Shown piece after piece: positions 17,638 through 27,338 of a stretch of 64,000 nucleotides of DNA. Source of the DNA: a virus (Duplodnaviria; Caudoviricetes); IMG/VR virus record IMGVR_UViG_3300028186_000155. One strand, written 5' to 3'. Position 1 is the first letter of the stretch. Each line of letters begins with the position of its first letter. The notes under the pieces were generated by a model that did no database searches, was not told the DNA's origin, and saw only the letters and a program-made list of their open reading frames with translations. A program made the translations under genes and the position numbers.

Positions 17638-18387
17638 TCAGTCACCACCGCCGCCACCGCCACCGGAATCACCGCCAGAATCGCCACCGCCGCCCCAGCC
17701 CCCGGAACGGTCGCTAGTGCTAGGCGAATCATCATGGCGCGAAGGCGTATAGGACGGCGCAGGGGCCTCATGGCGCGTTTCTGCCATAGGTTCGCGGTAT
17801 CCACGCGTTTCTGCCATAGGTTCGCGGTATCCAACCGAGGGCTGGTGCAACGCGTTGCCGGTGATTTGCTCGCGCTGTTCCGGCGTAACCTTCAGCGTGT
17901 GCGTTTCTACGCTGGCGCGCCGGTTGCCCACTGTCAGGTCGCCAGGGTAGCCCTGTGCACGCTCTAGCGCATCGTCGTAAACACCGTTGACGTTTTGCGT
18001 TACCGCAATGTGCGTTGCCATCAGAATTGCAGAATCATCTGGCGGCGTGCTTTGGATTTGACCGCTGCGGTATTGCTGGCCATAACGCGCCACCTTTTCC
18101 GCTAGGTGACGTTCCGGGTGCTGGACCGGCTGGGGCTGCTCGCGCTGCAATCGGCTCAGACGGTCCGTCACTTCGAAATATTCGCGGCGCACCGAATTGA
18201 TTTCGTTTTGCAGGCCTTCGATTTGTTTGTTCTTTGCCGCCAGTTCGCGGTTTACGCGCAGCAGTTCAGCCGCTTGTGATTCGTAGCCCAGTGCCAGCAG
18301 TTTGTAGTGCGACTGGAACTCGCGGAAACGGCGGGTGCCGAACAGCTTGTCGAACCAGTAAAAATTACGCGGTTTTTGGTGATCCAT
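17638..18387 (-). CDS. coiled-coil protein with Gly/Ser/Asp-rich tail
   Basis: GAGGA SD before MDHQK; ends GGWGGGGDSGGDSGGGGGGGD. Confidence 0.8.
   Translation of the reverse strand: MDHQKPRNFYWFDKLFGTRRFREFQSHYKLLALGYESQAAELLRVNRELAAKNKQIEGLQNEINSVRREYFEVTDRLSRLQREQPQPVQHPERHLAEKVARYGQQYRSGQIQSTPPDDSAILMATHIAVTQNVNGVYDDALERAQGYPGDLTVGNRRASVETHTLKVTPEQREQITGNALHQPSVGYREPMAETRGYREPMAETRHEAPAPSYTPSRHDDSPSTSDRSGGWGGGGDSGGDSGGGGGGGD
17774..17833. repeat. perfect 30-bp tandem duplication (GYREPMAETR x2)
   Basis: cgcgtttctgccataggttcgcggtatcca twice in a row. Confidence 0.95.
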
Positions 18388-18401
18388 CAGTTTTCCTCTG
18401 C

Positions 18402-19289
18402 TTATTGTGCGCAATCATCTTGATCATCATCGTCGCATTCTTCGAGGTCGTAGCCGTAGCCAGCCTCTGCGAAATAATCCTTGCTGATTTCGTCTTGTTC
18501 GGTCAGTCCGTTGAGGTGATCAACGAACAGTTTGGTCCAGTTTTCGAACTTCACACCCGGATAGGTTTCGTACAGCTTTTGGGCCGCAACTGGCGGAATG
18601 AAATCGACGCCTTTTTCACGATTGCCTACCGTCACTCCGTCTTTCAGACGCAGACGCCACGCGATAGCCAGATGCAGACGGCCTACGTTGTCGCTATTGT
18701 CGAAAATCAGGCCTTCGAAATGCAGGGTTGCCAAATCCGCCAGATCATCCAGCGTGGCAGTCAGCCGTTCTTTCGCCGTGCCTTCTGCCCGGTAGGCGCT
18801 GAATTTTTCACCGTGAACGAAGAACGTCATTTCTTCGAATGCTTCGCGCATGATGTTTTGCAGAGAAGTTTCCAGCAGGTTCGGAATACTGGTATTGCGG
18901 TGTGTTACAGGGTCGCGCAGATAACGCACGTCCACCGCGTCGAGGTGGCCGCCCGGCATGCCCGAACCTTTGCCTTGCAGATCGGATTCGCCGTTGCCTT
19001 CACGTGCACGCATGTAGGCGTTCAGTTCCGGCAGGTAATGCGGCGTACCAGCCTGCTCTACCGTGAAGTAGTTCAGCCATTGCGCGTAATCGCGGTTGCC
19101 TTTGAACGATTCGCCCCAGTGCAAAGATTCGTCAAGGTCTTCGCGCTGGCCAATGATGAACCCGCGACGAACCAAACCGGAGAATTGTTCCCAGTCCACT
19201 TTTACGAAGCCGGTTTGACCCATGCCGAGTTGCGGAATGTCACGCAGAACGGTGCGGCGAATCGCGCCAATGAATTCTGGATATTTCAT
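18402..19289 (-). CDS. Nudix-fold phosphoesterase (YmaB/COG4112-like)
   Basis: Y.R....GES.L.G..S...GGH, REAFEE, D..VG.LH, ENW. Confidence 0.8.
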   Translation of the reverse strand: MKYPEFIGAIRRTVLRDIPQLGMGQTGFVKVDWEQFSGLVRRGFIIGQREDLDESLHWGESFKGNRDYAQWLNYFTVEQAGTPHYLPELNAYMRAREGNGESDLQGKGSGMPGGHLDAVDVRYLRDPVTHRNTSIPNLLETSLQNIMREAFEEMTFFVHGEKFSAYRAEGTAKERLTATLDDLADLATLHFEGLIFDNSDNVGRLHLAIAWRLRLKDGVTVGNREKGVDFIPPVAAQKLYETYPGVKFENWTKLFVDHLNGLTEQDEISKDYFAEAGYGYDLEECDDDDQDDCAQ

Positions 19290-19297
19290 GTTGGTTC

Positions 19298-19353
19298 CTA
19301 GATACAGGGCGGCCCCCTTTGGACCGCTCGCCTGTACCTAGTGTTTACAGTTT
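19298..19353 (-). promoter_or_regulatory. AAACTGTAAAC motif copy 6 (19343..19353) plus SD-occluding hairpin
   Basis: CTAGGTACAGG/CCTGTATCTAG 11-bp stem plus 7-bp inner stem; 3' arm includes the AG of SD AGGA. Confidence 0.7.
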
Positions 19354-19356
19354 TAC

Positions 19357-19848
19357 TTAGTCGCCCAGTCGAGTGGACATGGAAGCGCAACGGAAACGCA
19401 CGTTATGCCCGTTCAATGCGTCGGCCATCGCATCACTGGTTTCAACCGAGAACGGAACCACCATTCCGGCCCCCGTGGTGCAACCCAGCTTGAACGTGCG
19501 TTGCAGATCAGCATAAATCCACAGCTGCTGCTCCACCGGCAAATTGTCAGAAATATTCTGAACCATTGTCGATATTTGTTCCGGGGTTTTGCCTGCCAGA
19601 TCGGGAACCATCAAACGCTGGCCGAACTGCTGGTAACGTTGCAACATCCCTTCACCGTCATCCACGATTTTTTCGAGACGTTCCAACAATTGCGCTGGCG
19701 TGGATTCATCGTGCAGATACAGCAAAACCGTGTTGGGCACATCCCATGCAAAATACAGGTCGGCAAACAGGGTCATTAACACCGCGTTGGTGGCACCTGC
19801 GCCCGGTTGGGTAACACCAACGATGATTTCAGGTTTTACGTTTTTCAT
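19357..19848 (-). CDS. degenerate RecA/DnaB-fold P-loop protein
   Basis: IIVGVTQPGAGAT (no Walker A Lys); VLLYLHDESTPAQLLERL. Confidence 0.7.
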   Translation of the reverse strand: MKNVKPEIIVGVTQPGAGATNAVLMTLFADLYFAWDVPNTVLLYLHDESTPAQLLERLEKIVDDGEGMLQRYQQFGQRLMVPDLAGKTPEQISTMVQNISDNLPVEQQLWIYADLQRTFKLGCTTGAGMVVPFSVETSDAMADALNGHNVRFRCASMSTRLGD

Positions 19849-20330
19849 TTGCTCAGGGTTCCGGTGGCGCGGGCGAAATCAACCATTTGGTGTGCACTCA
19901 TGCGCAGGTTTGCGACACGTACCACCACATTCGGGTTTTCTTCCAGCAGGCGGTCGAGTTCGATGCTTTGCATTTCGTCGGTCAGTGTGACCTGTACGTC
20001 TTTGCCTTTGGCGCGGATGTTGGTCATGCCCGGAGCGTCCAGATAAATGTTGATTTCTTTATCTGCGAATTTTTCGGTCATGTGCTTGATGGCGCCGAAC
20101 ACGTGGCCGCATTCGAGGGCGAAAGCGAAATTCAAAACACCCTTCTTTTCGTCCAGACGCTCCAGCCCGAATTTGGTGACGAATTGTTGGGCCAGATTAT
20201 CCGGCGAACTTTCATCGGAAATCAGCATGTGTACCGAGTCGCGAACGTCCAACTGGCTTTCCAGCTGGCGCATGCAGGAAGACGACAGGCCGCCGTGGGT
20301 CATGCCGAAAGAAACAATACGTGGGATCAT
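19845..20330 (-). CDS. degenerate P-loop protein, paralog of 19357
   Basis: HMLISDESSPDNLAQQF; INIYLD; NVVVRVA. Confidence 0.7.
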   Translation of the reverse strand: MIPRIVSFGMTHGGLSSSCMRQLESQLDVRDSVHMLISDESSPDNLAQQFVTKFGLERLDEKKGVLNFAFALECGHVFGAIKHMTEKFADKEINIYLDAPGMTNIRAKGKDVQVTLTDEMQSIELDRLLEENPNVVVRVANLRMSAHQMVDFARATGTLSK

Positions 20331-20334
20331 GGTT

Positions 20335-20766
20335 TTACTCTCCAGTTTTTGGTTCAACAATCAGGGTGACTTTTTGGAACAGATCCGAGGCAATTTGCCG
20401 CTGGATTGTTTGCGAAGCGATGTAGACCGGCAACGCGCCGTTGCAGTCCAGATCCGGGTCAGCCACGATGTGCTCAGGCATCCAGTAAATCACATGCAGC
20501 GGCCTTACCTCGGGACCGGCCCACAGCGCCTGTAGTTCTTTGGCCTTTTGTTCGATGTTGGAAACACCGTGGCAAATCACCATGTCGCGGGCCAGTACGC
20601 CGTTGTTATCGATGGCATGCCGTAGGTTATGTGGCAGACTCAGCGGGTTCCAAACGACGATCACCAGCAGGTCATTTTTCAGCAGGCGTTCACCGATCTT
20701 TTTGCCGATGATGAACAGGCATTCGTCGTGGGAACAATCGCTGTAAATCGAAATCTTTTTAGCCAT
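20335..20766 (-). CDS. hypothetical alpha/beta protein, possible third paralog
   Basis: similar size and strand/helix pattern. Confidence 0.65.
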   Translation of the reverse strand: MAKKISIYSDCSHDECLFIIGKKIGERLLKNDLLVIVVWNPLSLPHNLRHAIDNNGVLARDMVICHGVSNIEQKAKELQALWAGPEVRPLHVIYWMPEHIVADPDLDCNGALPVYIASQTIQRQIASDLFQKVTLIVEPKTGE

Positions 20767-21469
20767 TGACTTCATCCTGCATTTTGCTGATGCCGCATTC
20801 CTTGATGCTGGTAATTGCATCGTAGGCTTCGGCTTCGGTGGCAAACATGTCACGCCCCAATACGCGGGTGCCGACGTACAGATAGCTTTGTTCCTGCGAT
20901 TTAACTGGTTTGTCTTCACCAACAACCAGCGCCCAACCGTGGCGGCTATATGGGCCTTCGCCATTAGCGATCAGGAACGGCTTTATCTTCGATTCACCAG
21001 CCGCCACGGACATTGCAATGTCGGACGCGGCGATAACGGATACTGGCTTTTTGCGCTGGCGCTCTTTTTCACGGTTAAAACGCAGCGTGCGGTCGCGGGC
21101 TTTGCGTTCCTCTTCGGCCATTTCTTTTGCATCTTCGGCGTCGAGTTTTATGATTTCTTCACCGACCATGATTTGCTTGGCCAGTTCTGATGCGTGCACG
21201 GTGCCGCTGAACATACCGGAATTCACGACAACCTTTTTCGCTTTGACCGCCATGCCCGGCTCACGGTCCAAAGCCGATTTAGGCACGACGCCCAGCAGCC
21301 AGCTAACAGAAACCTCGGCGTCAACGCGCATTTGGTGCGCCTGCTGCAATTTGCTTTGCAGGCCTTCGGTCATGGCCGACATTACGTCGCGCATCAAGCT
21401 TGGATCTTCTGCCACGCTATCCGCAACATAGCGCAGGAAAACCATGCGTTGTTCGTGATTCATTGCCAT
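20759..21469 (-). CDS. hypothetical protein (MAMNHEQ...)
   Basis: TAATG coupling. Confidence 0.75.
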   Translation of the reverse strand: MAMNHEQRMVFLRYVADSVAEDPSLMRDVMSAMTEGLQSKLQQAHQMRVDAEVSVSWLLGVVPKSALDREPGMAVKAKKVVVNSGMFSGTVHASELAKQIMVGEEIIKLDAEDAKEMAEEERKARDRTLRFNREKERQRKKPVSVIAASDIAMSVAAGESKIKPFLIANGEGPYSRHGWALVVGEDKPVKSQEQSYLYVGTRVLGRDMFATEAEAYDAITSIKECGISKMQDEVNG

Positions 21470-22230
21470 TACTTCTCTTCCTGTACGGGTTGGGCCGCGA
21501 TTGCTACGTCGTGGGTTTTGGTCAGCACGAAAATATCCCACGTTTCTGGTTCAAATTCGGGCAGCACATATTGGCTGGTGGTGTGGATCGTGGCCTTGGC
21601 CGGAATGAACGTAAACGGCCCGCCCTCCAAGAAATTGCCGTGTGCCTCGGGCGCATGCCCATTGGTGTAGCTGCTGCCAATAGGCGAACCCAGCGCGTTG
21701 ATCATGCTGCTGAAATGCCGGGTGAAAACGCGTTCCGACTGGCTATCGTACCAATCGCAATTGACCACGTAATATTCTTCACCGGCCAGATATTTGTGGA
21801 ACGGTTCACGTCCCAAAATATTCAGACGCACATACGCATGAATGCGCAAACGGTGGTCGCCCTCACCTGCATGCGAATCGCCTTTGATCCCCACGGTGAA
21901 AATGATCCAGTAAGGGGCCTTCGTCATTTCCCGCGCTTTGGTCGCATACAGAATTGCGGTGCAGAAAATGCGCAACTCACGGGCAAACGCCGCGTGCTCT
22001 TCCGGGCTTTTCGGTTCGTGCAGCTGTTCGTGGTAGCGCTCGCCCACCAGCCCCTGATGGTTCACTTCCGGCGCCCACATTTCGCAGGTGCGTTTCTTGA
22101 ACACGATGCGGAATTCTTCCGCCTTAAATTCGATGCCCCAGCGGGTTGGCAATTCCTCGAAATTGATTTTCTCGCCTACGAGGAATTCACGCACGACCTG
22201 AATGTGGTTATGCAGAATATGCTTACTCAT
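21469..22230 (-). CDS. hypothetical protein
   Basis: AAGGA SD; tiles operon. Confidence 0.75.
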   Translation of the reverse strand: MSKHILHNHIQVVREFLVGEKINFEELPTRWGIEFKAEEFRIVFKKRTCEMWAPEVNHQGLVGERYHEQLHEPKSPEEHAAFARELRIFCTAILYATKAREMTKAPYWIIFTVGIKGDSHAGEGDHRLRIHAYVRLNILGREPFHKYLAGEEYYVVNCDWYDSQSERVFTRHFSSMINALGSPIGSSYTNGHAPEAHGNFLEGGPFTFIPAKATIHTTSQYVLPEFEPETWDIFVLTKTHDVAIAAQPVQEEK

Positions 22231-23356
22231 GGTTTTCTTCCTTTTCCTCGGTTTTGACTTTCATGTCGTTGATGATTTGAGACATGAACATTTCCCGGTC
22301 GCGCACCTCAAACAATTCGCGACGGGCTTTCATCTTGCCCTCTTCCTCAACAACCCACAGCAGGTACAGATTGCCGCGACCGTCTACGCAGGTAAACAGG
22401 GTGCCCAAAATTTCCTTGCGGTTGCTCAGGGTTTTCTTCCGATGCAGTACCAACTCATGCAGGCCGTTGGTGAACTGGCCGACATACTTCGGCAGCATGT
22501 CGCACAGGTGCTCTTGGAATTGCACGATCCAGCTTTTTGCGGGTGCCGAAAACTCGATGGGTTCCCTTGGCTGCAACGCTTCGATCAGGCCGTTAACGCA
22601 ATTCAATGCGCTTTCGTGCTGGTGGCGTTCGTATTTGTAAACGGTGGTGCTGCCCAGCACGTTGATTTTTACGCCGTCCGTTTCCAGATCGTGCACCACC
22701 GTAATCTGGTTGGCAATTCCGTAAACCACCTGTTCGGAATCGGCCTTGTAATCGAATTGTCGCCCGTGGGATTCTGCGAGATTTTCCAACCCGTAGGCCA
22801 GCGAACATGCTTCGAACGGATTTGGCGAAAACTCTTCCGCGTATTCCGTGATGAATGCAGCACGGGCGTAACGATGCTGCACACCATCGGCCTGCACACG
22901 GCGAATCTTGACGGCCTGCGCAGCCATTACAGCATGATCCCGGCGCACGGGACGCATTGCCTTGATACCGTCAACGCCTTTCACCCGCACGCCCAGCGAC
23001 AACGACAGCACGTCGATTTCGCCATTCAGGTAATGCGTGAAGTTTTCCACGGTTAGACCGCTGAATGGGTAGGCCTCGACCACAACCACTTCGGCCTTGT
23101 CGCGATCCGCGTAGCCTTGATGGAACGCCCAGCTAATCAGCGCCTGATTAACGACCTTCGGGTGGTAATGGCCCAGTGCGCCTTCGTGTGGCGTGATGGA
23201 ACCGAGATATTCAGCACGCAGCACGCCCATTGCGGTATAAACCATGATGTGCAAATTGCACGGGGCGAACGGGCGGTTGTTGAGGAAACAAATGTTGTAG
23301 AATTCCTGCAACGTGTCGCCACAAAAAGCAATGTGCTGGTCCGGTGTCATGCTCAT
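22223..23356 (-). CDS. hypothetical protein (377 aa)
   Basis: long ORF, ATGA-coupled. Confidence 0.8.
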   Translation of the reverse strand: MSMTPDQHIAFCGDTLQEFYNICFLNNRPFAPCNLHIMVYTAMGVLRAEYLGSITPHEGALGHYHPKVVNQALISWAFHQGYADRDKAEVVVVEAYPFSGLTVENFTHYLNGEIDVLSLSLGVRVKGVDGIKAMRPVRRDHAVMAAQAVKIRRVQADGVQHRYARAAFITEYAEEFSPNPFEACSLAYGLENLAESHGRQFDYKADSEQVVYGIANQITVVHDLETDGVKINVLGSTTVYKYERHQHESALNCVNGLIEALQPREPIEFSAPAKSWIVQFQEHLCDMLPKYVGQFTNGLHELVLHRKKTLSNRKEILGTLFTCVDGRGNLYLLWVVEEEGKMKARRELFEVRDREMFMSQIINDMKVKTEEKEENHE

Positions 23357-23763
23357 GAGTGCTGTTCCTTGTACTGCTCGATAAATTGTTCACGCAGGGA
23401 TTCGGCTTCCGCCCGTTTCTGTTCCCAATTGCGCAGGTAGGTGTTTTCTGTGCCGACGTACAAAATGTGCGGTTTGTTCGTGGCTGGATTGCAGACTGCA
23501 AAGCGATGCTTGATTTGCTTGCCGTCCGTGACCATGTAATGGGTGATCCCAACAGGTAAATCACCCGCTTTGTTTGGTCGCGCTTTTGTTTCGATTTTTC
23601 GATGCAGCGTTTCGTCTGCATCCGGTTCCAGTTCGCGCAGGGCAGCGTCATACGATTGCTCGCGGCTGCCATACACCGAATCTAAAAACCGTTGGCGCCG
23701 GGTTCCTAGCGCCTTGGGAATGTACCAACCGTTTTGCTGGCTGTTACGGCAAACACTTTTCAT
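23353..23763 (-). CDS. AP2-like DNA-binding protein
   Basis: GW...RF.D..YGS.E.....A and LPVGI...A...R pattern. Confidence 0.55.
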   Translation of the reverse strand: MKSVCRNSQQNGWYIPKALGTRRQRFLDSVYGSREQSYDAALRELEPDADETLHRKIETKARPNKAGDLPVGITHYMVTDGKQIKHRFAVCNPATNKPHILYVGTENTYLRNWEQKRAEAESLREQFIEQYKEQHS

Positions 23764-24389
23764 GGCTTTGCATAATAAATACTCACATTGGTGGCTGGGA
23801 TTTCAGCGCGGATAAATTCGCCGGACAGATGCAGCGCAATGCCGTGCATGCGCAATTCTGCATCAAGGTCCAGCAGGGTTTTCTGGTCGCTGCTACGGAC
23901 CACAAAACTTTTTTCGTGAATCTGTGTGAGGTTCCACACGTAGCGCCCCACATGCAACAGACCACGCCGGGCGTCGTAATGCACCTCGGGCCTCAGTTCG
24001 TTCTTGTAAAAGAACTGGCGGCCTACAGGCACTTCGTCAACATCGACCCCGAATAGCTCTTTGATTCTACGGCGGCTAACAGGCTTCAGGAGGCGTTTTG
24101 CGCGTGCCCACTGGCTAACTGTCTCAGGCTTCGCAATCGCGCTCAAATCGTGCCCTGCGCGCCCCAGTTCGAGGATGTGGTAGGCATACAGGGCCAACCG
24201 CCATTCGTTCTCGAAGTCAGGCAGGTTTGAAATGGCTTTCACTTCGTCCAGCGTGGGCAGATAAAGCCCAGTTCCATAAGCGGTTAATGCAGCGGTCGCC
24301 CGCTCTACATCCCAGCCCATTTTATTTGCATACGATTCGATAATGGACCGGTTACTGGCCATAGCCCCAACCGATAGATTGAACATCAT
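23760..24389 (-). CDS. XRE-HTH-like protein
   Basis: ETVSQWARAKR......RIKELFGVDV. Confidence 0.6.
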   Translation of the reverse strand: MMFNLSVGAMASNRSIIESYANKMGWDVERATAALTAYGTGLYLPTLDEVKAISNLPDFENEWRLALYAYHILELGRAGHDLSAIAKPETVSQWARAKRLLKPVSRRRIKELFGVDVDEVPVGRQFFYKNELRPEVHYDARRGLLHVGRYVWNLTQIHEKSFVVRSSDQKTLLDLDAELRMHGIALHLSGEFIRAEIPATNVSIYYAKP

Positions 24390-24455
24390 GTAAACCTCTT
24401 AGAATCGCTACAGATTGCCGTTTGAAAAATGAGATAAAGGGTGTTGCGTACCGAT

Positions 24456-24490
24456 AAAAAAGTAGGGCCGCCCAAACCGGCACGGCCCCT
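24456..24490 (-). terminator. intrinsic terminator
   Basis: GGGGCCG...CGGCCCT stem followed by ACTTTTTT. Confidence 0.8.
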
Positions 24491-24494
24491 TGCA

Positions 24495-26456
24495 TCAGAT
24501 GAACACGATGCTATGCATGTATTCGTCCGCGTCCTTGTTGTTCTGGTGGAACGCGTTGTAAGCAGCCTGCGACAGCGGCAATTCCAGTTCATTGCGTTCG
24601 TTGAGGAACGCGCCGTGCAGTTGCGCCCCGCGTGGGAACGGTGGGGCCAGATCGTTGATGTGGTCCGCGTAGCTGGCCGCGCCTTTGGTAGGGCCATTGG
24701 CCGCCATGGTATCCAGATTCAGCACGTGGAATTCGGCCTCTTCACCAACGTGCAGATTGAACGCCGCGAAGCGCTCCACCGCATTGGCTTTACGCATCAC
24801 AATACCACGCGTGGTTTGTGCGGCCAGCAGCAGGAATTGCGAAGCGCTGTAAAGGTTGCCGTTGCCTGTGATCGTGATTTCGTTGGAATAGGCTTGGTCG
24901 TAGAACGCGGCAGGCGTGTAGTTGGTCTTGCTCTCCAAATGGAATTCCACACCAGCCACGTGATCGTTTTCGAAACCGAGATTTTTGTGCATGATTTCGC
25001 CCAGTTGATCGCTGGTCATTACGTCGAAAAGACGGAACACCTGTTCAACCGATTCGCACAGCCCTTTGGTGTTGGCGTACATCACGTAACCGCCCCCGGA
25101 TTCCTCGACAAAAACTTCGGCGCGGTTTTCGGTCACGCGTGCCTTGAAATTGCAGGTTTCCAGATTCCACCAAACGCGGGCGCCGTCTTCGTCCAGAATC
25201 TGCTCGGATTCGAGTTCATGACGCAGCGTGTTAGGCCACAGTTCCATCATGGCGCGGAAGCCCGGACCGTTCACCAGTTCGGCGTAAACGTTGCGGTGAA
25301 CGTTTGCAGGCATTTCATCCATGATGGCCGCGAAATCCTTGGACAGGTGCTGCACCCGATCCAAATCACGCTTAGTGAAGAAATCGTAAATTTCGTCACC
25401 CTCGGAAAACGCAGCGGCCCGCACGGCCTTGCGTGGCGCGTGGAATTCTTCATCAAGCACAGAGCCATCCATGACGTAAATGCCACGGTCGTGCATGTCG
25501 TTCAGCGCGTCATAGCTGGGAAGCGAAGCCATGTTGTCGGAAAGCCACCGGCCAACTGGCGCCGCCGAAAACATTTGCTGAATTTCCGCGTGTTGCTCAG
25601 GCGACAGGCGCGCATAGTTGCGCTGTAGAACAGCCTTGCGATAAAGCACGTCGATTTGCTGCCTCGGGTGCTTGTCCTGCATGGCATCAAGCATGCTGCC
25701 CGAAAATTCGTTGAGCATGTCCGAATCACCTTCGACCACGTGCGCGTAAATATCGGCTTCACGGCGGTTGAAAGTAGTGTCGCAATACGCTTCCAGATCG
25801 CTATGGTGTTCGAGCCATACATTGCTGAAAACGAACGAAGGTTTTTTCACTTTCTCGACCACGGTTTTTGCTCCCCCGACAGGTGCGTTCTTTTTGTCGT
25901 CTTCGGACAACGGCGGCAAAGATTTTTTGCCCTGCGCTTTCACAGGCTTTTCATCGACCGCGCTTTCGTCTTTGGCACCGGTAGGCTTGGCGAATTCCGA
26001 TTGAGGAACAACGGAATATTTCAGCAGGTCCAAATCGAATTCGTCTTCGAGTGCCAGCAAAGTTTTGTCGCTCGGCAGCGAATGCTGGGTAAGCCACGAA
26101 TTGACGGTTTCGCGCTTGAATCGCTTGCGCAGCTGGTCGATTACCTCGGTGCCTGCCTTGTTCAGGCCGTAGGCTACAAGGGCCTTCATGTAAAGCCCGT
26201 AGACGTTGACCTGCTGCCCCTTGAGGATTTTGGCCATCGCGTCCAAATCTTCCGCCACCAGCGTCAACAGCTTTTGCGGCTCGCCATCGGTGTACGCGGC
26301 ATAGGCGCGGAATTCATCGTCGCCCGTTTTCGCCAGCGCATCGGTAAAGCCCTTGAGCGTTTTGTAACGCAGCTTCCACATGTTGGCGAAAGTGGGTTGC
26401 TCTTTTGGGGTGATTTTCTTGTCGGTGGCTTTGTTGAGGGCTACGCGATTTTTCAT
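24495..26456 (-). CDS. 653-aa protein with N-terminal XRE-HTH-like segment
   Basis: RETVNSWLTQHSLPSDKTLLALEDEFDLD; AGGAG SD. Confidence 0.8.
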   Translation of the reverse strand: MKNRVALNKATDKKITPKEQPTFANMWKLRYKTLKGFTDALAKTGDDEFRAYAAYTDGEPQKLLTLVAEDLDAMAKILKGQQVNVYGLYMKALVAYGLNKAGTEVIDQLRKRFKRETVNSWLTQHSLPSDKTLLALEDEFDLDLLKYSVVPQSEFAKPTGAKDESAVDEKPVKAQGKKSLPPLSEDDKKNAPVGGAKTVVEKVKKPSFVFSNVWLEHHSDLEAYCDTTFNRREADIYAHVVEGDSDMLNEFSGSMLDAMQDKHPRQQIDVLYRKAVLQRNYARLSPEQHAEIQQMFSAAPVGRWLSDNMASLPSYDALNDMHDRGIYVMDGSVLDEEFHAPRKAVRAAAFSEGDEIYDFFTKRDLDRVQHLSKDFAAIMDEMPANVHRNVYAELVNGPGFRAMMELWPNTLRHELESEQILDEDGARVWWNLETCNFKARVTENRAEVFVEESGGGYVMYANTKGLCESVEQVFRLFDVMTSDQLGEIMHKNLGFENDHVAGVEFHLESKTNYTPAAFYDQAYSNEITITGNGNLYSASQFLLLAAQTTRGIVMRKANAVERFAAFNLHVGEEAEFHVLNLDTMAANGPTKGAASYADHINDLAPPFPRGAQLHGAFLNERNELELPLSQAAYNAFHQNNKDADEYMHSIVFI

Positions 26457-26473
26457 GGTGTTACTCCTAAAGT

Positions 26474-26500
26474 GGGGACCGCCAACAGGGCGTGGTCCCC
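26474..26500 (-). promoter_or_regulatory. intergenic hairpin before SD
   Basis: GGGGACC...GGTCCCC. Confidence 0.55.
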
Positions 26501-26510
26501 TTTCTGAAAT

Positions 26511-27320
26511 TTACTTGTTGTTGAGTTCTTGCGCTGCCAGTTCGGCAAAGCGGGAATCCACTTCACACAATTGTTTCAGGTAGCGTTTCGGGAAATTGTT
26601 AATCGACTGGGCGCCGCTGTACAGTTCGTGGCTCGACTTGTACATGCTGGTCATGTCGTGGAAGAAAAGCAATTCGCCAACCGTCATGCGGTAATAGCGG
26701 GTCATGCCGAAATTCGGAATTGCCTCACACAGGCGCCCCCACACTTCGGGAATGTCACGACCGATCATCATTTCCTCAAACTGGGTTTTGCTCATGAGTT
26801 TGAGAATGTGCACATGGCCGAAACGCTGCACCGTGTTCTCAAACCAGCGGGCGCGGAATTCTTGCTGAATGATGCCCTCGATGTACTCGACACGCTCGCC
26901 GGTTTCGTCCGCAATGATTTGGATGTGTTCGGCGGTCGGTACGTGCGTGCCGTTGTGCTTGAACAGCTGGTAGCGCAGCGCAGGCAACGGCAGGGCCATA
27001 AAGGTCGATTGGTAGAGGTTCACGAAATCAGTGAACGGCGTAGCGGTGTCGCTTCCCTCGAAATACGGGCCGACCTGATAAACGTGTGAACGGTCGGTTT
27101 TCGCTTTCTTGCCTCGGATGATCCATTGCTTGGCGGAACCCAGTTCGCGCTGGTCGAGAATCATCCAGACGTTTGGGCAGGCCTGCTTGAAAAGCAAATC
27201 GGCTTCATCCTTGGACAGCGCCATAACGTGCGCTTCCATTTTGGTGACTGCCGGGGTCAGCACGGTGAAAATGAAATGGAAGTGTTTCAGCGAATGCGTG
27301 GTGCGGGAAAGCGTAGCCAT
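26511..27320 (-). CDS. hypothetical protein, possible HTH remnant
   Basis: HVPTAEHIQIIADETGERVEYI; GAGGT SD. Confidence 0.75.
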   Translation of the reverse strand: MATLSRTTHSLKHFHFIFTVLTPAVTKMEAHVMALSKDEADLLFKQACPNVWMILDQRELGSAKQWIIRGKKAKTDRSHVYQVGPYFEGSDTATPFTDFVNLYQSTFMALPLPALRYQLFKHNGTHVPTAEHIQIIADETGERVEYIEGIIQQEFRARWFENTVQRFGHVHILKLMSKTQFEEMMIGRDIPEVWGRLCEAIPNFGMTRYYRMTVGELLFFHDMTSMYKSSHELYSGAQSINNFPKRYLKQLCEVDSRFAELAAQELNNK

Positions 27321-27338
27321 TGTGAACCTCGTAGGGGC

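Noticed and set aside
17774-17833. Possible CRISPR mini-array
   Set aside because: Two adjacent repeats with no spacer, in frame within a CDS
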